Below are positions 25,733 through 32,000 of a stretch of 32,000 bases of DNA, in pieces. Numbering within the stretch: position 1 is the stretch's first letter; each line of letters begins with the position of its first letter. The notes under the pieces were generated by a model, which saw only the letters and a list, made by a program, of their open reading frames with translations, was not told where the DNA came from and made no database searches. Source of the DNA: Acaryochloris thomasi RCC1774 (GTDB lineage: Bacteria > Cyanobacteriota > Cyanobacteriia > Thermosynechococcales > Thermosynechococcaceae); the NCBI RefSeq assembly GCF_003231495.1, contig NZ_PQWO01000003.1, positions 330,001-362,000 on the forward strand. Reading direction: 5' to 3'. The translations under genes and the position numbers were made by a program.

Positions 25733-26980
25733 TCAGGATTTTGAACTTCGCCACCGATGCATGATTGAGGGTAGATCGAGCATCAAATTTTTTCGAGCTG
25801 AGTCTGCCAATTGATTGTCTGGGAATGATGCCGCAATCTCTGCGATCGCATCTTCTAGCTGGCGATTTGAGAGGGGTTCATTGTTGTTGCGATCGCAAAG
25901 CAGATGCTCCAACACATGCTTCATTTGATCCACCGTCTGCTCAGCGTCAATACAACGATCCTTCCAGTGCTGTACAGCGGTTTCGTACTCACTGGCCTGC
26001 TGAGCCTGCTGTAAGATCTGCTCCTGCATCTCGGCGACCTGCTGTTCTAGCTGCTCTGAGCGCTCCTGCAACGTTTGGTTTTGCGCCTCGTACTCCTGAG
26101 TGGAATGCTGAAACTGTGCCTGGATGATACCCGCACTCGATAAACTGGACTCCAGCTTGGCAATTTTAGTCTGGGCCTTGAGCAGCGTAGAACTCAGATT
26201 CTGAATCGCCTGATTCTTGTGCGAATCTCTCTGACCCGTGGTTTTAAGTGCGTCAATAATTTCCTGCTGCTCTGCCAGGGTTGTACGGCTTTGCTCTAGC
26301 TGTGTCTCCAGCGACTGCAGGGTCGTTTCCTGTTCCCGTAGAGAATTCCGCAGCCGCTCTGCCGTCGTTTGAGCGATAATGCGCTGCTGCGTCTCCTGGA
26401 CCGCAGCCCCCTGAGATAGCTCATTTTGCGTCAAAAGTCGCTCGGCCTCGTCCTGCATCTGCTTGACGGCAGCTTGTTCCTGCCTGAGCCGATCCTGTAG
26501 CGATTGGATCTCTGAAGACTGGCTTTCTGACTGCCCCGCAACGGTTTCAATCTGGGCGATTAGCGCTAGGTTCTCTTGGCGCAGATTATCGAGTTCGGTT
26601 TGATCAAGCTGAGCCTGACTAGATTGCCGCCCCTTAAGCGTCACAATCGCCTGCTTCTGAATATGGGAAAACTCTTCGGTCGCTGCCAGTTGTGCCTCTA
26701 AAAAAGCCTGGTCGACCATCTGTGACTTTAGTTCATAGATGTAGTGCTGACACTGCTCCAGCGCTTTTTCAAGCTGTCGAATGCGACGGTGAGTTGCTTC
26801 AGAGGCCGTGTCGCTGTTTTCTAAAAGCTCCTGCGATCCATAGACAAGTGCCGGGTCGAGGACATCTCCAAGAAAACCCTCTGTATCGGCATCCAACTTA
26901 TGCGCTTCGAGAAGGGAGGCTTCTGATGACAGAGGAAAAGGGGATTCATCTCCCCAGTCAATTTCGAGTTGCTGATTCAA
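25733..26980 (-). CDS. Long Q/E-rich coiled-coil protein
   Basis: 415 aa, mostly heptad-like Q/E/L/A sequence from about residue 65 to 345. Starts at TTG; the first internal Met is near residue 88, so the N-terminus is uncertain. Its stop is 2 nt from the SDR stop. Confidence 0.65.
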   Translation of the reverse strand: MNQQLEIDWGDESPFPLSSEASLLEAHKLDADTEGFLGDVLDPALVYGSQELLENSDTASEATHRRIRQLEKALEQCQHYIYELKSQMVDQAFLEAQLAATEEFSHIQKQAIVTLKGRQSSQAQLDQTELDNLRQENLALIAQIETVAGQSESQSSEIQSLQDRLRQEQAAVKQMQDEAERLLTQNELSQGAAVQETQQRIIAQTTAERLRNSLREQETTLQSLETQLEQSRTTLAEQQEIIDALKTTGQRDSHKNQAIQNLSSTLLKAQTKIAKLESSLSSAGIIQAQFQHSTQEYEAQNQTLQERSEQLEQQVAEMQEQILQQAQQASEYETAVQHWKDRCIDAEQTVDQMKHVLEHLLCDRNNNEPLSNRQLEDAIAEIAASFPDNQLADSARKNLMLDLPSIMHRWRSSKS

Positions 26981-27201
26981 GTCCAGTTGCTCTCGACGGT
27001 CGGGCCTACAGTACGTTAAGTGCAGTTTAACTCAGATCACGACAACCCTTGAGGTTGCATGAGCCTCGACAGGCAACTGGTTGAACCGCTGACAGATCCC
27101 ATTAAACCCTCATCCCTACGGACTATATGCCTGCTGCATTTGGGATGCTCCCACAGGCGATGGGGTCGGCTTCTGATGAAACGACTAGATCTCCGTTAAG
27201 A

Positions 27202-28101
27202 CTAACTGGGAAACAGGCTAGAAATTCTCTGGCACATGTGCTCCGATTCGTTGGTAACCGGGGCTTCTTGCTTGATCAGTGATTCGCCAATGAGGACAGC
27301 TTTGGCACCGGCTTGGGCAACGCGCTTGATGTCAGCAGAGGTATGGAGACCCGATTCGCTCACGATCAGCGCTGTCTCTAATTTTTCCTTGCGCGCTGCA
27401 GCTAGATCGCAGGTGACCTGCAGATCCACAGTGAAGGTCTCCAGATCGCGATTGTTGATGCCCACTAGATCAATGGGTAGTGCTAAGACTCGATCGAGTT
27501 CTGTAAGATCATGAACCTCGACAAGAGCTGCCATACCTAACGATTTCACGATTTTCAAAAAGTAGGTCAAGTCCTGGTCGGTGAGCACAGCCGCAATCAG
27601 CAGCACCGCATCCGCTCCTTTGGCTCTCGCTAAATAGATCTGGTAGGGCGAGAGGATAAATTCTTTGCACAGAAGCGGAATCTGGACGGCCTGACGAGTC
27701 TGCTGTAGGTAGTCGAAGCTGCCTTGAAAGAACTTTTCATCGGTAAGCACTGAGAGGCAGGAGGCTCCGGCGGCTTCGTAGGCGGTTGCGATCGCAACCG
27801 GATCAAAGTCCTCCCGCAAGACGCCCTTACTAGGTGACGCTTTTTTCACCTCTGCAATTAACGCTGGCTGCGTCTTTCCCTGCCTGAGGCTGCCGATGAA
27901 GTCTAGAGGGGGAGATGCGATCGCAACCTGCTTCTTCAGCTCTAGCAGCGGCTGCGCTTCCCGCATCCGATCGACCTCAGTTTCCTTGTGCCAAACAATC
28001 TTTTCTAGAATATTGCTGGGTTCACCTTCTGGCACTTTAACCTGATAGCCTAAGCCAGCAACGGCAACAGTGGCAGCGGGGGGACGACGACGAATTTCCA
28101 T
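27202..28101 (-). CDS. trpC: Indole-3-glycerol-phosphate synthase
   Basis: [16 protein letters not shown] and GINNRDL motifs. The cyanobacterial-style N-terminus MEIRRRPP sets the start at 28101. Confidence 0.92.
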   Translation of the reverse strand: MEIRRRPPAATVAVAGLGYQVKVPEGEPSNILEKIVWHKETEVDRMREAQPLLELKKQVAIASPPLDFIGSLRQGKTQPALIAEVKKASPSKGVLREDFDPVAIATAYEAAGASCLSVLTDEKFFQGSFDYLQQTRQAVQIPLLCKEFILSPYQIYLARAKGADAVLLIAAVLTDQDLTYFLKIVKSLGMAALVEVHDLTELDRVLALPIDLVGINNRDLETFTVDLQVTCDLAAARKEKLETALIVSESGLHTSADIKRVAQAGAKAVLIGESLIKQEAPVTNESEHMCQRISSLFPS

Positions 28102-28205
28102 GCACGAAATCAAAGCGAAGAGCTTTCCAATTATACCGAAAGCTTTAATGTATATAGTTTGCATCGGCAGACTGGGAGCATCCCACTTTCGCTAAAGTCT
28201 TGCAC

Positions 28206-28312
28206 GGCCCTCACCCTAAATCCCTCTCCCAATTCTGGGCGAGGGACTTTGAGTGCTTTTATCTTGCCCCCCTTCTCCCAAGCTTGGGAGAAGGGGCTGG
28301 GGGATGAGGGCC
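28206..28312. repeat. Nested-hairpin small dispersed repeat (MITE-like)
   Basis: Outer arms are ggccctca (28206-28213) and tgagggcc (28305-28312). Inner hairpin 1 is tccctctccc-aattct-gggcgaggga (28221-28246, 1 mismatch). Inner hairpin 2 is a 28-bp perfect palindrome, ccccttctcccaagcttgggagaagggg (28269-28296). Confidence 0.7.
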
Positions 28313-28360
28313 AAGTGCAACAGTGGGATGCCTCCGACTTCGTTCTTGTAGGCGCGAAGT

Positions 28361-29092
28361 CTATTCGCCAGCCTTGACCTTTGACTCCCGTTGGCTCGTA
28401 GGCTGGATAAAGATGCAAAGGTTAGAAACCATGCCTAGAAACTTAGGCTGGTACCAAGTGATAGCGACCTCCAATGCTTGATGCTGCAACGCTTGGTCAA
28501 TCACGGTGGCAAAGTCTTGCTGCGACAGCAGCCGCAGATTGCTTTCACTGGCCCAAAAGGTCTTGCCGATCAGCTTGAGCAACCCCCGATGCCAAGCTCT
28601 TGGTAGCCAATGTATCAGCGGTAGCTTGGTATGAAACTCTAGCCAATGATAGCGATTAGGCGTGGTCATCAGGAGCGGCGAACCGAGCTGCAGCAGGCTG
28701 CGAACGTACTCAACCTGATCTGTCTGAGAACCGACATGCTCAATAACCGCCGACGATAGAACACAGTCTAGAGTCTCATTGCTTGCAAGCTGTAGGGGCC
28801 AATCCATGACCTTCACCCCCGGAAATGCCTGAGCGAGATGGGCAATAGGCTCAGGGGACGTTGCCCTTACCTGTGCCTGATCTTGAACAAGCCATCGAAT
28901 GAAGCAGTTGCTGGCTTCGCGCTCTGTGTCAGGGGTGGAACCATGATCAAGAATCACCTTTCCCTCAACCCCACCGATGGCCTCGACAAGGAAATGGTAT
29001 ATTTTACGGCGATACTTCAGCGTTGTTTGATTATGGAGGTCCGCTAAGGGATGTTTGCGTCCAAAGTAATCAATCCCTAACTGTTCAGACAT
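28361..29092 (-). CDS. Class I SAM-dependent methyltransferase-like protein (atypical motif I)
   Basis: 243 aa. VILDHGSTPD sits in the motif I position and LDCVLSSAVIEHV is a Methyltransf_11-like motif. Starts at ATG. Confidence 0.6.
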   Translation of the reverse strand: MSEQLGIDYFGRKHPLADLHNQTTLKYRRKIYHFLVEAIGGVEGKVILDHGSTPDTEREASNCFIRWLVQDQAQVRATSPEPIAHLAQAFPGVKVMDWPLQLASNETLDCVLSSAVIEHVGSQTDQVEYVRSLLQLGSPLLMTTPNRYHWLEFHTKLPLIHWLPRAWHRGLLKLIGKTFWASESNLRLLSQQDFATVIDQALQHQALEVAITWYQPKFLGMVSNLCIFIQPTSQRESKVKAGE

Positions 29093-29275
29093 ATTGGCGC
29101 TGTTGATGACGATAAAACAAAAGGCTGCTGCGTGGCGACGGCTGGGCTGGGGGCAGAGTTCTTTAGAATCCAGCCAAGACTTTCCTAAAGGAGTGAGCGC
29201 CCGTCGAAATTATACCTTTCAAACTCAACGATACCTTTGCCTTGTCACATCCTGCCGCTAGGTCATCCCACCTCT

Positions 29276-30055
29276 ATGTCAACCCAAGAAATTGAACGTC
29301 AGGATCAGGCATTATTTGATCAAATTGCCCTCCAGTATGGACAGAAAGATCGGACACTGTCCTCTTCCATTGCCCGCAAAGGACAACTGCTCTCAGCCTT
29401 GCAGCCGCTGCTCAAGCAAACGCCATCCCTCGGGACCGTGGTTGATATTGGTTGCGGGGTAGGTGCCCCGGCTCAGTATCTGCAGGGTTTCTATGACCAC
29501 TACATCGGCGTTGATCAATCTTCAGAAATGATCCGGGTAGCTGAAGTTTTAAATCAGCCCTGTAACAAGACTCAGTTTGTCGCTTCCAATATCAAGGCGA
29601 TGACGCTACCGGACCACATCGCTGATGTCGTGTTGGTCGTGGGGGCGCTGCACCACATGACTGATTTAGAGGCGGTTATGGGCTGCCTGGTCAAGCTGGC
29701 GAAGCCAGGGGCGTATCTGATGGTGATTGAACCCCAGAAAGCCAATCCTCTGATTCAAGGAATGCGATGGCTGCGGACTAAAATTGATCGAGGATATTCA
29801 GAAGACCAGATTTTCTTTTCTGAACAGGAGCTGGTGGATCTGCTGCACCAGCACAATATCTCGATTCACGATCTGACCTATCGGGGGTTTCTCTCGCCGC
29901 CCTTTGCCGAAGTGATCATTCCGCCCCAGTTTCTCAGCCGCCATTTGAGTCAGTGGGCACTCACTATCGATCGGTGGTTTGATCGATATCTGCCTCAACC
30001 GCTCCACAAGTTGAGCTTCAATATTTGCATTACTGGTGTTTTCCCTCAGGCGTAG
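29276..30055 (+). CDS. Class I SAM-dependent methyltransferase
   Basis: VVDIGCGVGAPAQYL (motif I), VVLVVGALHHM and GAYLMVIEP. ATG at 29276 is preferred over TTG at 29237. Confidence 0.8.
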   Translation: MSTQEIERQDQALFDQIALQYGQKDRTLSSSIARKGQLLSALQPLLKQTPSLGTVVDIGCGVGAPAQYLQGFYDHYIGVDQSSEMIRVAEVLNQPCNKTQFVASNIKAMTLPDHIADVVLVVGALHHMTDLEAVMGCLVKLAKPGAYLMVIEPQKANPLIQGMRWLRTKIDRGYSEDQIFFSEQELVDLLHQHNISIHDLTYRGFLSPPFAEVIIPPQFLSRHLSQWALTIDRWFDRYLPQPLHKLSFNICITGVFPQA

Positions 30056-30105
30056 CGGACTCGATACCCGATCTAAGACTGTCATTCATAACATTTAGGA
30101 CCGGC

Positions 30106-31824
30106 ATGGCTGAAATATCTAGAGAAAATATTTTTTCGCAGCAGAACGTCAGGTTCTGGTTTGGCCTGTCTCTGTTGATCCCCATCTACTACTGCATCGT
30201 CACGCTGCTCAACGTGTTTAGCCATGAGCACATCGTGCAGGATGATGCGCGACTACACGTTGTTTGGCTACAGCGTTTCGTCGATCCGGATCTGTTCCCA
30301 AAAGATTGGATTGCCGACTACTACATGGCCTATGCTTCGCCAGGATTTAAGGCACTCTATTGGTCTGTGGCCCAGATCGGGATAGAGCCAATGCTGTTCG
30401 CCAAGCTATTGCCGATTCCGGTGGGTCTGGTGGCGACGGCCTATTTCTTTGGGCTGGTTCTCCAGATTTTTCCGCTGCCTGCGGGGGCGTTTCTGGCAAC
30501 GCTGATTTTCAATCAGGGGTATTGGTTCAAAAACGATGTGCTGTCGGCGACGGCGCGGGGCTTTACCTATCCATTTTTTGCCGGGTTTTTGTTCTATCTG
30601 CTGAAGGGACGGGTGATTCCCTGCCTAGTTTTTATTGCCCTTGAGGCGCTGTTCTATCCGATGATTGCGCTGGTGTCGGTGGGTATCTTGATCCTCCGGC
30701 TCATTCAACTTAAGGGCCGATCGCTGCAGCTCTCTCGGGAGCGCGTTAGCTATGTGCTGGCGGTGGGCGGCATGATCGTTCTTGTGATTGTGCTGTTGCC
30801 GACGGTGTTACGGACGACTCCCTTTGAACCCCAGGTAACGGCGGCTCAGATGAAGGAAATGGTTGAGTTCTCGCCTGAGGGGCGCTCTCCCTACTTCGGC
30901 TTTAGCCCGCACTTGTTCTGGACCCATGGCAGAAGCGGGGTGAGGATTCCACTGCTGCCGCCGATTGCTTGGCTGGCGTTTTTGTTGCCTTGGTTCCGTC
31001 GATCACCGCGCGGCTTGATGAAGCACGTGACGCCTAAAATCGAGATTCTGTGGCAAATCTTGCTGCCGTCGCTGGCTCTGTTTGTGCTGTCCCATATTGT
31101 GCTGCTGAGGCTATATCTGCCCAGCCGGTATACCTACTTTAGCTTTCGGTTCATCATGCCGATTGCGGCGGGTATCGTGCTGACAGTTCTGCTGGAGAGA
31201 TTTTGGAAAGCGCTCTCTGCCATTCGGCGCAGCGGTAAGTGGATGACGCCTAAGCAGTTTTTGCTGTCTAGCTTTGCAGCGTTTCTCTGCTTTGTGTTCA
31301 TTTTTGTGCCGTTGGTGCCGCTGGTGTTGAGGAGTAATCAATATTGGGTGATTGCAAAGCGTCCAGAGCTGTATGAATATATTGCCCAGCAGCCGAAAGA
31401 TACGATGGTGGCGTCTCTGAGTGGCTATGCCGATAATATTCCGTCGTTTGCGGAGCGTTCGATTTTGGTGAGTCGTGAAATTGCGATCGCATTCCATCTT
31501 GGCTACTACAGCGAGATTCGACAGCGGGCGCTCGATTTGCTCTCAGCCCAGTACAGCACGGATCCTGAACAGGTGAAGCGCTTCATTGAGACCTACGGCG
31601 TTGATTTCCTGCTGTTGGATAAGGGGGAACCAGGGACTTTTACCCCTGAATACGTATCTGAGAATCCGTGGCTGATGCAGTTTGAGCCTGCGGCAGGGGA
31701 TGCGATCGCAACCCTAAAACAGTCTGAAAAACCCGTAATAGAAAAACTCTCAGAACAATGCTCAGCCTTAACGGGCGTCAAGTATATTTTGCTAGACGCT
31801 CAATGCCTCAAACAGCAGTCCTAA
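30106..31824 (+). CDS. Polytopic membrane protein with C-terminal soluble domain (GT-C-like topology)
   Basis: About 11 hydrophobic segments. An acidic motif (HIVQDDARLH) follows TM1, and a non-hydrophobic domain of roughly 170 aa sits at the C-terminus. ATG at 30106 is preferred over TTG at 30025. The function is inferred from topology only. Confidence 0.6.
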   Translation: MAEISRENIFSQQNVRFWFGLSLLIPIYYCIVTLLNVFSHEHIVQDDARLHVVWLQRFVDPDLFPKDWIADYYMAYASPGFKALYWSVAQIGIEPMLFAKLLPIPVGLVATAYFFGLVLQIFPLPAGAFLATLIFNQGYWFKNDVLSATARGFTYPFFAGFLFYLLKGRVIPCLVFIALEALFYPMIALVSVGILILRLIQLKGRSLQLSRERVSYVLAVGGMIVLVIVLLPTVLRTTPFEPQVTAAQMKEMVEFSPEGRSPYFGFSPHLFWTHGRSGVRIPLLPPIAWLAFLLPWFRRSPRGLMKHVTPKIEILWQILLPSLALFVLSHIVLLRLYLPSRYTYFSFRFIMPIAAGIVLTVLLERFWKALSAIRRSGKWMTPKQFLLSSFAAFLCFVFIFVPLVPLVLRSNQYWVIAKRPELYEYIAQQPKDTMVASLSGYADNIPSFAERSILVSREIAIAFHLGYYSEIRQRALDLLSAQYSTDPEQVKRFIETYGVDFLLLDKGEPGTFTPEYVSENPWLMQFEPAAGDAIATLKQSEKPVIEKLSEQCSALTGVKYILLDAQCLKQQS

Positions 31825-31834
31825 CGATGAGATC

Positions 31835-32000
31835 CTAGAGAACTACCCGAAGTCCCTTCGTCAAACGCCCCATCCCTTCAGCAACCTGATCTTTATCTAA
31901 AGCACCGTAGGCCACCCGCAAATAACACCCTTTCTCTGTGCCAAACGTATCGCCAGGAATAACAGCGACACCGTGTTCTTTAATCAGCCGTTCCACAAGG
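31835..32000 (-). CDS. C-terminal fragment of a PLP-dependent aminotransferase (class I/II), partial at the window edge
   Basis: My translation of the minus strand gives LVERLIKEHGVAVIPGDTFGTEKGCYLRVAYGALDKDQVAEGMGRLTKGLRVVL*, a typical aminotransferase C-terminus (V.V.PG..FG....YLR.....). It is not in the ORF track because the start lies outside the window. Confidence 0.7.
   Translation of the reverse strand, partial: LVERLIKEHGVAVIPGDTFGTEKGCYLRVAYGALDKDQVAEGMGRLTKGLRVVL

Noticed and set aside
25765-27030. Plus-strand ORFs (25765-26127 and 26692-27030) antisense to the coiled-coil gene
   Set aside because: Their composition is low-complexity and Arg/Ala/Pro-rich, mirroring the Q/E/L codons of the minus-strand gene.
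27107-27116. ccctcatccc, matching the reverse complement of the gggatgaggg arm of the nested-hairpin element
   Set aside because: It is only 10 nt with no surrounding similarity, which is insufficient to call a second copy of the element.
28131-28418. ORFs of 95 aa (minus) and 72 aa (plus, 28159-28377) spanning the trpC-methyltransferase spacer
   Set aside because: Both are read-throughs of the palindromic nested-hairpin repeat; the palindrome explains why both strands stay open. They are not independent genes.
1-32000. Search for CRISPR arrays, tRNA/rRNA genes, transposases/integrases, reverse transcriptases or known defence-system genes
   Set aside because: I could find none by reading both strands. 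No ORF shows DDE, tyrosine-recombinase or RT motifs. A tRNA or small-RNA scan by software would still be worthwhile.

Overview
This is a chromosomal window from a cyanobacterium. The evidence is 15 hand-counted copies of the HIP1 octamer GCGATCGC plus typical gene content: COP23, DUF760, a CrtR-type hydroxylase, and cyanobacterial-style TrpC and CdsA N-termini. I support about 36 protein-coding genes (one partial at the right edge) and see no rRNA, tRNA, CRISPR array, transposase or integrase. Most of the window is housekeeping: rpsN, nth, an RseP-type protease, family-4 UDG, HAL2-type nucleotidase, coaX, cdsA, trpC, a ferredoxin and an NhaP-type antiporter. Four parts look like systems. (1) A tightly packed minus-strand operon holds an intramembrane-type HisKA_3 kinase, a NarL-type regulator, an unknown 101-aa ORF and a blasticidin-S-deaminase-like enzyme; it is divergent from a Spy/CpxP-like LTxxQ gene, which mirrors the E. 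coli cpxP-cpxRA layout with non-orthologous parts. (2) An RsbW/RsbU/RsbV-type partner-switching module has no sigma factor nearby, and its kinase gene overlaps coaX by 20 nt. (3) An envelope-glycan-like cluster contains a GT4 glycosyltransferase, an SDR, two SAM methyltransferases and a roughly 11-TM GT-C-like protein. (4) A histidine-kinase-like protein keeps its H-box but has a degenerate ATP-binding domain. Non-coding structure includes a triple TCACTCCA repeat in a 315-nt spacer, a nested-hairpin MITE-like element, several perfect hairpins between convergent genes, and two patches of about 40% GC that carry orphan genes. All family assignments rest on motifs read by eye and remembered family signatures; no database search was run.
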